Source of the DNA: Candidatus Limnocylindrales bacterium
Lineage (GTDB): Bacteria > Chloroflexota > Limnocylindria > Limnocylindrales > CSP1-4
Direction of reading: 5' to 3'
Length of the DNA: 43,379 bases
NCBI GenBank assembly: GCA_040883225.1
Contig: JBFLKP010000115.1
Coordinates: forward strand, 1 to 43,379
Shown: piece after piece, positions 17,158 to 25,805 of the stretch
Layout: the number at the start of each line of letters is the position of its first letter
How positions within the stretch are numbered: the first letter of the stretch is position 1
Notes under the pieces: model-generated
Databases searched by the model: none
The model's input: the letters and a program-made list of their open reading frames with translations, nothing else
Told to the model about the DNA's origin: nothing
Translations under genes and position numbers: made by a program

Positions 17158-18306
17158 CTAGTCCGCTCTAGCCGCACCGGCCGATGGATGGTACACCCGG
17201 GCCAGCCGATGGGCCATGCTTGTCAGCACCTCCCAGGCGATGGTGTTGCGCCAACGCGCCAGTTCCCCGGCGGTGATCGACTGGCCACCTTGGGAACCCA
17301 GCAGGACGAACTCCTCGCTGTAGTCGAGACCGTCCAGATCGGTGACGTCGACGGTCACCGCGTCCATCGACACGCGGCCCACGAGCGGCAACCGCCGGCC
17401 GCGCACGATGACCTCCGCGCCGGGCTGGGTGGCACGCAGATAGCCGTCGCCGTAGCCCACCGGAAGGACCGCGATCCGGGACGGCCGCGGCGCCGTCCAG
17501 GTGCCGCCGTAGCCCACGCTGCCGCCTTCGGGTACGCGCGAGAAGGCGATGGGCCGGGCCCGCAGGGACATGGCCGGTCGCAACCGGGCGGCGGCTTCCT
17601 GCGCGTCGGGCGCGATGGGCAGGCTCTCGTCGAGCACACCGTAGGACGCGACGCCCGGGCGCACGAAGTCGAGCGCGGGCTCGTCGCCGGTGAAGATGCC
17701 GCCGGAGGCTGCCGCGTGGCGTGGTGGGACCGGGACACGAGCCTCACGCAGGGCCGTGGCCGCGATGTCGAAGCGCAGCAGCTGGCCGTCGGAGGTGGGC
17801 GGATCCTCCGGGCTGTGCAGGTGCGACCACAGGCCGGCCAGCTCGAAGCGGGGGTCGGCGTGGGCTGCGGCCGCGACCGCGACCACGTTCTCCGGCTGCA
17901 GCCCGCCACGCCCCATCCCGGTCTCGACGCCGAGGTGGATGCGCACCGGGCGGCGGCCCTCGGGCAGGGCGCGTCCGATGGCCTCGAAGTCGGCGGCTGA
18001 CATCACCGGCAGCTCGACGTCGATGGCGAGCGCCTCGGCGACCGCCCCGTGCGGCACCGGGTAGAGCATGATGATGCGCTTGGACACGTGGGGCCGCAGC
18101 TCGATGGCCTCATCGAGCGTGGCCACACAGAACGCGTCCACGACCGGCTCGATGGCGCGGCTGACCGGGATCATGCCGTGCCCGTAGGCCTCGGCCTTGA
18201 CCACCTGCGCCACGGCGGCCTCGCCCACGACCGAGCGGATGAGGGCGATGTTGTGACGGATGGCATCGAGGTCGATATCGAGCCAGGCGCCGCGACGGTC
18301 GGTCAC
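17158..18306 (-). CDS. alr: Alanine racemase-family PLP enzyme (atypical residues)
   Basis: IDLDAIRHN, VVKAEAYGHG, ETGMGR, VRPG, VGYGG, PVGYGDG and GRVSMD. Confidence 0.9.
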   Translation of the reverse strand: MTDRRGAWLDIDLDAIRHNIALIRSVVGEAAVAQVVKAEAYGHGMIPVSRAIEPVVDAFCVATLDEAIELRPHVSKRIIMLYPVPHGAVAEALAIDVELPVMSAADFEAIGRALPEGRRPVRIHLGVETGMGRGGLQPENVVAVAAAAHADPRFELAGLWSHLHSPEDPPTSDGQLLRFDIAATALREARVPVPPRHAAASGGIFTGDEPALDFVRPGVASYGVLDESLPIAPDAQEAAARLRPAMSLRARPIAFSRVPEGGSVGYGGTWTAPRPSRIAVLPVGYGDGYLRATQPGAEVIVRGRRLPLVGRVSMDAVTVDVTDLDGLDYSEEFVLLGSQGGQSITAGELARWRNTIAWEVLTSMAHRLARVYHPSAGAARAD

Positions 18307-19235
18307 GCTCCGCCACCGGGCGCTTCGAAGCCAAGGCGGCGGCCGCGGTCGGCTACGGCCGCGAGGTGGCGTCGCACGCGCGGGATGGCCGGTAGCAGGT
18401 CGGTGGCCATGAGCCCGGCGTCGCCGAGGTGCCCGCTGAGGTCCTCGCCGGCGCGGGCGTGGAGGTAGACCCCCAGAGCGGCGGCCGCGAACGGGTCCAG
18501 CCCCTGCCCCACCAGCGAGGCGACGACCCCGGCGAGCACGTCGCCGGTGCCGCCGGTGCCTAGGGCCGGGACCTCGAACTCCGCGGTCAGGTGACGTCCG
18601 TCGGGGGCGGCGATGATGGTGTTGGCACCCTTGAGGACCGTGATCACGCCCCACTCCGCAGCGGCGGCGATGGCGGCGGCACGGCGCTCGTGATCGGCCT
18701 CGCCAGCCGAGCGACCGAGCCTGGCCAGCTCGCCGGGATGCGGCGTGAGCGCGACCGGCCGGCCCAGGCGGGTCCACCAGCCCGGCGCGTCGGCCAGCGC
18801 CGCGAGGGCGCCGGCATCGACGACCGCCGGCGGCCCCTCGGCGCGAAGCAGGCCGGCCAGCGCGCGCGCATTGGCTCGTGACGGCGGCAGACCCGGTCCC
18901 AGGAGCAGCGAGTCGTGGGGCAGCTCCAGCAGCGCGGCCACGGCCGCGGGTGGGTCGATGACGAAGGGTGCGGTCTCGGGCAGGCCGCGCGTGATGAGCT
19001 CCGGCACGCGCCCGGCGATGATCGGCTGCAACGAGGCCGGCACAGCGAGCGTCACCAGGCCACAGCCAGCGCGCAGCGCCGCCGTTCCAGCCATGAGCGC
19101 GGCACCGACATAGTCGAGCGATCCGGCCATGACCACGACGCGTCCGAACGTGCCCTTGTGGCCGCGCGGGTCGCGCTCGGGCAGCAGCCCGGCCGCGGCG
19201 GCCTCGTCGATGACGTTGGCGTCAGCGGCCGTCAC
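18303..19235 (-). CDS. nnrD: ADP-dependent NAD(P)H-hydrate dehydratase (stand-alone, no NnrE domain)
   Basis: HKGTFG, GAALMA..ALRAGCGLV, GPGL, VDAGAL, TPHPGE, LKG and GGTGDVLAG. Confidence 0.93.
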   Translation of the reverse strand: MTAADANVIDEAAAAGLLPERDPRGHKGTFGRVVVMAGSLDYVGAALMAGTAALRAGCGLVTLAVPASLQPIIAGRVPELITRGLPETAPFVIDPPAAVAALLELPHDSLLLGPGLPPSRANARALAGLLRAEGPPAVVDAGALAALADAPGWWTRLGRPVALTPHPGELARLGRSAGEADHERRAAAIAAAAEWGVITVLKGANTIIAAPDGRHLTAEFEVPALGTGGTGDVLAGVVASLVGQGLDPFAAAALGVYLHARAGEDLSGHLGDAGLMATDLLPAIPRVRRHLAAVADRGRRLGFEAPGGGA

Positions 19236-19783
19236 TCGCGCTCCCGCTCGATCGCGGCGTCGGCGCCGGCCTCGGCGGCACGGACCTCGGCATCGAGGTC
19301 GCGGAGCCGGCGCATGCGCGCCATGAGCTGCTTCTCGCGGTCATCCATGCGTGCTTCCATGTCGATGGGAAAGACGAACTCGCCACCCTGGGTCCGGACG
19401 CCGAAGGCGATGGCGACCGCGAACTCGCGCTCGTGGCTGATCGACACCGCGACCCGCTCCATGCCCAGCTGGTTGGCCCGCGCCAGGGCTCGGTCGTGGA
19501 GCCGGCACATGGGCGCGCCGGTGGGCAGGCGGATGATCTCGATCTCGCGCCAGCCGACCCCGCGTACGCCGAGGCCCAGCACCTTCGAGACCGCCTCCTT
19601 GGCGGCCCAGCGACCGGCGAAGTTCTCCGGTCGGTCACGCACGTAGGCATCCTCGTGGTCGGTCAGCACGCGCTTGGCGAAGCGCCGGCCGTGCTTCTTG
19701 ATGGCCGCCCGGATGCGCTCGACCTTGATGATGTCGATGCCCACCTCCTGGGCGCCGGGCGGGGGCGTGGGCAGCTCGCTCAC
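19232..19783 (-). CDS. acpS: Holo-[acyl-carrier-protein] synthase with C-terminal extension
   Basis: GIDII, FAGRWAAKEAVSK, G.P and SISH. Confidence 0.93.
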   Translation of the reverse strand: MSELPTPPPGAQEVGIDIIKVERIRAAIKKHGRRFAKRVLTDHEDAYVRDRPENFAGRWAAKEAVSKVLGLGVRGVGWREIEIIRLPTGAPMCRLHDRALARANQLGMERVAVSISHEREFAVAIAFGVRTQGGEFVFPIDMEARMDDREKQLMARMRRLRDLDAEVRAAEAGADAAIERERE

Positions 19784-21609
19784 TCGACCGTCACCGACTT
19801 GGCCAGGTTGCGTGGCTGGTCCACGTTGGTGCCCCGCGCGACGGCCGTGTGATAGGCGAAGAGCTGGAGCGGGATGACCGCCAGGGCCGGGCTCAGCATC
19901 TCCACGGTCGGTGGCACCCACATGATGTCGTCGGCCACCGCCTTCATGCGGTCATCACCCTCGGTCACCACGGCGATGACGCGGGCATCCCGGGCACGGC
20001 CCTCCATGAGGTTGCTGACGAGCTTGTCGTGCACCGCCGTGCGAGTGGCCACGGCCACCAGCGGTACCTCCGCGTCGAGCAGCGAGATGGGCCCGTGCTT
20101 GAGCTCGCCGGCGGCGTAGCCCTCCGCGTGCACATAGCTCACCTCCTTCAGCTTGAGCGCGCCCTCGAGTGCGGCCGGATAGGTGATGCCACGGCCGACG
20201 TACATGTAGCCGCGTGAGCCCAGGTAGCGGCGTGCCAGCTCGGCGGCCGGTGCCTCGTTGAGCTCGAGCGTGCGCTGGGCGTTGGCGGGCAGGGCTCGCA
20301 GGCCCTCCACGAGGGCCTTCTCGTAGAGCCCGTCAAGATGCCCGCGCGACTTCGCCACTTGGGCGGCCACGAGCAGCAGCGTGACGACCTGGGTGACGAA
20401 GGTCTTGGTGGCCACGACGGCGATCTCCGGGCCGGCCTGCAGGAAGAGCACCGCGTCGGCTTGGCGGGTGATGGCCGAGCCGACCGTGTTGGTCACGGCC
20501 ACGATCGGGCAGCCCCGCTCGCGGGCGAGCCGCGTGGGCGCCAGCGTGTCCGCCGTCTCGCCCGATTGCGTAACGGCGATGACCAGCGTCTTCTGGTCCA
20601 GCGGTGGCGGATCGTAGCGGAACTCGGAGCCGACGTTCCAGCGCGCGGGGATGCCCGTCCAGACCTGCAGCGCGGTCGCCGCCACGGCGGCGGCATAGGC
20701 CGCCGAGCCGCAGGCGACGAGCTCGATGCGCTCGATGTACGGGAGGATCGGCCCGAGGGGGTCCAGCTCCGGCACCCGCACCTCGTCCCCGTGGACGCGG
20801 CCGGCGATGGCGGCCCGGATGGCCTCCGGCTGCTCGTGCATCTCCTTGAGCATGTAGTGCTCGTAGCCGCCCTTCTCGGCGGCCTCGATATCCCAATCGA
20901 TGTGACTGACCGGGCGCTCCTGCTCGCGACCGACGATGTCGGTGATGGTGACCGAGCCAGGCCGGATGTCAGCGACGTCACCTTCCTCGAGGAAGATGAC
21001 CTCACGTGTGTGCGCCAGCACCGCGGCCACGTCGGAAGCCAGGAACGCCTCGTCGCGGCCCAGCCCGACGATGAGCGGCACGTTCATCTTGGCCCCGACC
21101 ACGCGGTCTGGCTCGCCCTTGTGGATGACCGCGAGGGCATAGGCGCCGTGGGCGTGCTGGAGGGCGGTGCGCACCGCGGCCGAGAGGTCGCCGTCATAGG
21201 CCTCCTCCACGAGGTGCGCGATGGCCTCCGTGTCGGTCTCGCTACCGAGCACATGGCCCGCGGCCTCCAGCTCGGCACGCAGCTCGATGAAGTTCTCGAT
21301 GATGCCGTTGTGGATGACGGTCAGCTCGCCGGTGCAGTCGATGTGAGGGTGGGCGTTGAGGTCGTTGGGGCGACCGTGGGTGGCCCAGCGCGTGTGCCCC
21401 AGGCCGGCGGTCGCGGGGGGTGTGCCTTCCGCGAGCGACTCGCGCAGGACGGCGATCTTGCCCGCCCGCTTGCGTACGAAGAGGTCGCCATCCTGGGTCG
21501 AGAGTGCGATGCCGGCCGAGTCGTAGCCGCGGTACTCGAGGCGCGCGAGGCCCTCGAGCAGCACCGGGGCCGCCTGCTGGTGTCCGACGTAGCCGACGAT
21601 CCCACACAT
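19780..21609 (-). CDS. glmS: Glutamine--fructose-6-phosphate aminotransferase
   Basis: MCGIVG, LEYRGYDSAG, GHTRWATHG, QSGETADT, ELKHG and PRNLAKSVTVE. Confidence 0.98.
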   Translation of the reverse strand: MCGIVGYVGHQQAAPVLLEGLARLEYRGYDSAGIALSTQDGDLFVRKRAGKIAVLRESLAEGTPPATAGLGHTRWATHGRPNDLNAHPHIDCTGELTVIHNGIIENFIELRAELEAAGHVLGSETDTEAIAHLVEEAYDGDLSAAVRTALQHAHGAYALAVIHKGEPDRVVGAKMNVPLIVGLGRDEAFLASDVAAVLAHTREVIFLEEGDVADIRPGSVTITDIVGREQERPVSHIDWDIEAAEKGGYEHYMLKEMHEQPEAIRAAIAGRVHGDEVRVPELDPLGPILPYIERIELVACGSAAYAAAVAATALQVWTGIPARWNVGSEFRYDPPPLDQKTLVIAVTQSGETADTLAPTRLARERGCPIVAVTNTVGSAITRQADAVLFLQAGPEIAVVATKTFVTQVVTLLLVAAQVAKSRGHLDGLYEKALVEGLRALPANAQRTLELNEAPAAELARRYLGSRGYMYVGRGITYPAALEGALKLKEVSYVHAEGYAAGELKHGPISLLDAEVPLVAVATRTAVHDKLVSNLMEGRARDARVIAVVTEGDDRMKAVADDIMWVPPTVEMLSPALAVIPLQLFAYHTAVARGTNVDQPRNLAKSVTVE

Positions 21610-21612
21610 CGA

Positions 21613-22950
21613 CTAGCGCTCCTGGTTGAGGCGCTCGGCGGCGAGGGCGGCGAGGTCGTCGGCCAGGCGCAGCACCCGAGCCCTGTCGCGACCCTCGACC
21701 ATCACGCGCAGCCTCGGCTCCGTGCCCGACGGGCGTACCACCACCCGGCCCTCACCCTCGAGCTCTTCCTGCGCGGCCGCCACGGCGTCGGCGAGCACCC
21801 GGTCGGCGCGCCACTCCTTGGTCTTCACGCGCACCGCACGCTGCTCCTGCGGGTCCAGCGAGATGGCCGCCGCAAGCTCGCTCAGGGGCCGCCCGGTACG
21901 CGCCAGGATGTCGAGGATCTCGAGGGCCGTGACGATGCCGTCTCCGGTGGTGGTGTGCTCGCGCACGATGACGTGACCGCTCTTCTCGCCGCCCAACCCT
22001 GCGCCGGAGACGAGCATGGAGTCGACGATGTAGCGGTCGCCGACCCTGGTGCGCAGGACCCGCCCCCCGGCCTGCTCCACGGTCCGGGCGAGGCCCCCGT
22101 TGCTGAGGATGGTCACGACCATGGTCTCCTCCGCGAGGGCACCGCGAGCGAGCCGGTCGAGGGCGATGATGCCCAGCAGCTGGTCGCCATCCACGACCCG
22201 GCCACGCTCATCCACCGCCACGCAGCGATCGGCGTCGCCGTCGAGGCTGAAGCCGACGTCGCCGCCCTCACGGGCCACGACGGCAGCCAGCGTCCCGGGC
22301 ACGGTGGCACCACAGTCACGGTTGATGTTGCACCCGTCGGGCTGGTCGAAGTGCGCCGTCACCGACGCGCCGGAGGCCGCCAGGATCTCGGCGGCCACGG
22401 CGCTGGCCGAGCCGTTGGCACAGTCGACGTGGAGCCGCAGGTCGGAGCCGATGCGCCGGGCCATGCCCAGGCGGTGCCCGAGGTAGTGACGCATGTCGGC
22501 GCGAGCATCGACGACGCGACCGAGATCATCGTTGCGCGGGCTACCCAGCTCCTCCGAGCGGATGATGAGCGTCTCGAGCTCATCCTCCATCTCGTCGTCG
22601 AGCTTGAGGCCCTTGCCGCTGAGGACCTTGAGGCCGTTGTCCTCAGCCGGGTTGTGGGAGGCACTGACCATGACCCCCACGGCGTACTCGCCGACGGCCG
22701 TGACGTGCGCCAGCGCAGGCGTGGGGCAGACCCCCAGCGCATAGACGTGGGCCCCGGCGCTGGTGCCGCCGGACATCAGCGCGGCCACGAGCATGTCGCC
22801 CGAGCGGCGGGTGTCCTGGCCGACCAGGATGCGTCCGCCGGGACCGGCCAGGCGTGTGGCCAGGGCACGGCCGAGGGCGTGGGCCAGAGAGGGCTTGAGA
22901 TCCTCGTTGGCCACGCCCCGGATGCCGTCGGTGCCGAAGAGCTGGCTCAC
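21613..22950 (-). CDS. glmM: Phosphoglucosamine mutase
   Basis: FGTDGIRG, SASHNP, DGDADR, GGEKSGH and RPSGTEP. Confidence 0.96.
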   Translation of the reverse strand: MSQLFGTDGIRGVANEDLKPSLAHALGRALATRLAGPGGRILVGQDTRRSGDMLVAALMSGGTSAGAHVYALGVCPTPALAHVTAVGEYAVGVMVSASHNPAEDNGLKVLSGKGLKLDDEMEDELETLIIRSEELGSPRNDDLGRVVDARADMRHYLGHRLGMARRIGSDLRLHVDCANGSASAVAAEILAASGASVTAHFDQPDGCNINRDCGATVPGTLAAVVAREGGDVGFSLDGDADRCVAVDERGRVVDGDQLLGIIALDRLARGALAEETMVVTILSNGGLARTVEQAGGRVLRTRVGDRYIVDSMLVSGAGLGGEKSGHVIVREHTTTGDGIVTALEILDILARTGRPLSELAAAISLDPQEQRAVRVKTKEWRADRVLADAVAAAQEELEGEGRVVVRPSGTEPRLRVMVEGRDRARVLRLADDLAALAAERLNQER

Positions 22951-24161
22951 TGGGCTTGGCCGACCGTGACGCGCAGGGTGGGAGGATCGACGCGCACCAG
23001 CGCGGTGCCACGAGGCGTTCGGACGATGGGCATGACCGCATTGTCGCCCACCACGAGCTCGTCGACCGGCACCTCCACGCTGACCTCGTCCGGGGTGAGC
23101 TCGTCGAGCTGCTGCACCGAACCGGAGAGGGTCACGCTGACCGACGGTTCCTCGAGCTGGTACGTGAAGCCGGGCTGCGCGCCGGTGATGGCGGTGCCGA
23201 TCTCGTAGCTGCGCGAGCCCAGCGCCTCGGTGAAGGTGACGATGACCGTGACGAGGCCCTCACCCGTCGCCGTGAGCTCCTCGGACAGCTCCAACGGCAC
23301 CTCGGCCACCAGCTCGACCTCCTGCTCGGAGATGTCGACGGGGGCGGTATCGATCCGATCGAGGCCGCGCACGTCCGGGCTCTCGCCGCTGACGGTGACG
23401 GTCGCCGGCAGCACCGAGACGTTGTCGACGCGCCGCCCGCGCGCAGGTTCGCCCACGAGCTGCGGGATGACCGGCAGCGTGGCATAGGCCAGCTGGTAGC
23501 CCACATCCGAACGGACCCGGGCCGTCGATGGCTGGACGTCGACACCGGGCACGATCGCGCCATCGGCGTCGAAGGCCTCGAGCGGCACGTTCACGTCGAT
23601 GTTGATGCCGCTGGCGTCGACCACGAACCGGCCCTCCACGCTACGCACGTTCTGCAGGCGAGAGGAAGCTCCGCTGACGGTGGCCTGGTTGGGCTCCACG
23701 GTGATGGGGCCGAGCTCGATGCCTTCGGGCAGCGGGCCGTGCTCGACCTCGACCGGCAGCAGCCGTGAGATGACCGCGTCGACGCGCACGGTCCTGCCCT
23801 GTGGTTCGTAGTCGACCACGCGGACACGGGGGTCGACGGGGAAGACGTCCACGGGCACCGCGACGGTGTTGGCGCCCGGACGTGGCTGCACCGACGAGAG
23901 GTCGATGGACGCGCGGAAGCTGTCGCGCGTGAGGGCCTCGGCGACCTCGTCCGAGGCGCGGTACTCGATGGATTCGACGACGCCGGGGTCGTCGAGCAGG
24001 GCGCCACCCGAGGGAGCATTAAGCACCTCGATGGGGATGGGGCCCTCGAAGGTGCGCGTGGACTCGGAGATGGCCACGCCCATGTAGAGCACCACGGCCA
24101 GGCCCAGGGCGGTCACCTTGAGCGGCCAGTAGCTGAAGAGCAGGCGGCTGATGAGGCTCAT
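22947..24161 (-). CDS. cdaR: CdaR/YbbR-repeat regulator of diadenylate cyclase
   Basis: Single N-terminal TM (WPLKVTALGLAVVLY) and repeated P..V.VSG beta-rich YbbR-like units. Lies between cdaA and glmM. Confidence 0.88.
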   Translation of the reverse strand: MSLISRLLFSYWPLKVTALGLAVVLYMGVAISESTRTFEGPIPIEVLNAPSGGALLDDPGVVESIEYRASDEVAEALTRDSFRASIDLSSVQPRPGANTVAVPVDVFPVDPRVRVVDYEPQGRTVRVDAVISRLLPVEVEHGPLPEGIELGPITVEPNQATVSGASSRLQNVRSVEGRFVVDASGINIDVNVPLEAFDADGAIVPGVDVQPSTARVRSDVGYQLAYATLPVIPQLVGEPARGRRVDNVSVLPATVTVSGESPDVRGLDRIDTAPVDISEQEVELVAEVPLELSEELTATGEGLVTVIVTFTEALGSRSYEIGTAITGAQPGFTYQLEEPSVSVTLSGSVQQLDELTPDEVSVEVPVDELVVGDNAVMPIVRTPRGTALVRVDPPTLRVTVGQAQ

Positions 24162-25012
24162 CGGGCGGCGCCTCCAGCGGTGGTGTCATCGGGCCGCCCG
24201 GCGCGGCGATCGCGCAGCGAGCGACGAGCTCGACTGGCCACGTCGGCCGGAGCCAGCAGCTCGAAGAGACGCTGGCGCAACTCGTCCTCATCGACGTTGC
24301 GCGTGATGTCCGCGCCCACCGCCAGGCTGACGGCGCCGCTCTCCTCGCTGACCACGATGGCCACCGCGTCGGTCTGCTCGGTGATGCCCAGGGCGGCCCG
24401 ATGGCGCGTGCCGTAGTCCTCCAGCGAACCGTCCCGTTCGGCCAGCGGGAGCATGACCCCGGCGGCCACGATCTCGTCGCCCTGCACGAGCACCGCGCCA
24501 TCGTGCAACGGGTAGCCGGGGGCGAACAGCGAGGCCAGCAGCTCGGCCGAGAGGTCAGCGTGCACCAGCACGCCGGTCTCGGCCATGTCGCCCAGGCCGG
24601 TGTCGCGCTCGATGATGATGAGCGCCCCGGTCCGCCGGCGGGAGAGCTTGGCGGCGGAGGTGGCGAGCAGGCCGGCCACCCGCTGATGGCCCCCTGCGGC
24701 CGCTACCGGGAAGATGGGCACGCGACCGATGCGATCGAGCCCTCGTCGTAACTCCGGCTGGAACACGACCACCAGAGCGACGAGGCCGACCACGGCTCCG
24801 GTCTGGAGGATGCCCGAGAGCAGGCGCAGGTCGAGCTCGAGCGCGAGCACGTAGACGGCGTAGACGATGGCAGCGCCGATGGCCAAGCGAACCGCGCGCG
24901 TGCCCTGGATGAGGCGCAGCACGAGGTAGATGAGGACCGCGGTCAGGAAGATGTCGAGCAGTGCGCTCGGCTCGATCCGCAGATCCGCGGCTAGGTCACG
25001 CAGCTGATCCAT
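24158..25012 (-). CDS. cdaA: Diadenylate cyclase CdaA (c-di-AMP synthase)
   Basis: Three TM segments, FQPELRRGL, GALIIIER, catalytic HDGA, GTRHRAA and VSEE. Confidence 0.96.
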   Translation of the reverse strand: MDQLRDLAADLRIEPSALLDIFLTAVLIYLVLRLIQGTRAVRLAIGAAIVYAVYVLALELDLRLLSGILQTGAVVGLVALVVVFQPELRRGLDRIGRVPIFPVAAAGGHQRVAGLLATSAAKLSRRRTGALIIIERDTGLGDMAETGVLVHADLSAELLASLFAPGYPLHDGAVLVQGDEIVAAGVMLPLAERDGSLEDYGTRHRAALGITEQTDAVAIVVSEESGAVSLAVGADITRNVDEDELRQRLFELLAPADVASRARRSLRDRRAGRPDDTTAGGAAR

Positions 25013-25021
25013 CTGAGGCTG

Positions 25022-25030
25022 AGACTACCA
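25022..25030 (-). promoter_or_regulatory. Extended -10 (TGgTAGTCT) 9 nt before the cdaA ATG
   Basis: TGnTANNNT close to the start with no SD, implying a leaderless or very short leader. Confidence 0.5.
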
Positions 25031-25067
25031 CCGCCGGACGCCGTCAGCGCCGGTGTCCCAAGCGTGC

Positions 25068-25805
25068 TCAGACGCTGCGCGTGGCGATGCGCTCGAGCTC
25101 CGCTGCGCGGGTGCGATAGTCGCGCGCGAGGGCCGTGAGGGCGTTGCGCCGGAGCGGGTCATCGTCGATGTCGAGGCGGTGCTCGATGAGCACGGCCCGC
25201 TGAACGCCCAGCTCGATCCACCCGCGTCGGAGGTAGAGCATGGTCATGACGAAGTGGATGTCGAGGTTGCCGGGCCGCGCCTCGAGGCCACGCAGGCAGG
25301 CGTCGATGGCGGCGTCGAAGTCGTTGAGCGCGACGTAGCCGTTGGCTGCGGTCAGGTAGGCCGCAGCGGCGACACCCGTATCACCTGCCATACGGGCCGC
25401 CACACCGTTGGCCACGTGGCGCTCGAGCTCCAACAGGCGGGGGTCGATCGGGCGCCGACGGGACCTGCCGGTCTCATCGCGTGCGGCCAGCTGGGCGGCG
25501 TGCGTGCGCGCCAGGCCGGCCTCCTCGGACCGGCCGCTGGCCGCCAGTGCCGCCGCCTTGCCCTCGAGCGCGTCAGCATCGCCGGGTGACCGTTCGAGCG
25601 CGGCCTCGAAGGCCTGCAGCGCTTGGCGAGGCTGCTCCATGCGCAGGTAGATGCGGCCGATGCGGATGAAGGGCAGCGGTCGATCCGGCACGAGGGCGGC
25701 GGCCTGCTCGTAGTGGCCGATGGCCTCGCGGGGCATGCCCTTGACCACGGCCACGTGACCGCGTTGCAGGGCGTCCTTGTAGCGAACGGATACGGAATCG
25801 CTCAT
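25068..25805 (-). CDS. Tetratricopeptide-repeat protein of unknown function
   Basis: TPR-like helices (AIGHYEQAAALVP, ALQAFEAALERSP, AIDACLRGLEARP). ATG at 25805. Confidence 0.8.
   Translation of the reverse strand: MSDSVSVRYKDALQRGHVAVVKGMPREAIGHYEQAAALVPDRPLPFIRIGRIYLRMEQPRQALQAFEAALERSPGDADALEGKAAALAASGRSEEAGLARTHAAQLAARDETGRSRRRPIDPRLLELERHVANGVAARMAGDTGVAAAAYLTAANGYVALNDFDAAIDACLRGLEARPGNLDIHFVMTMLYLRRGWIELGVQRAVLIEHRLDIDDDPLRRNALTALARDYRTRAAELERIATRSV

Noticed and set aside
17158-17160. Pyrrolysine decoding of the alr TAG
   Set aside because: No pyl genes in the window, TAG is used as an ordinary stop by many genes here, and the downstream gene has its own strong SD.
21610-21612. glmS ribozyme
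   Set aside because: Only 3 nt separate glmM and glmS, leaving no room for the ribozyme.
20338-23208. 956-aa plus-strand ORF and other long antisense ORFs (1906-3759, 14635-16602, 27506-29716, 32500-34467, 40427-41605)
   Set aside because: They lie antisense to or overlap genes on the minus strand, most of them well supported, and have no recognisable motifs. Such shadow ORFs are expected from high-GC codon bias.
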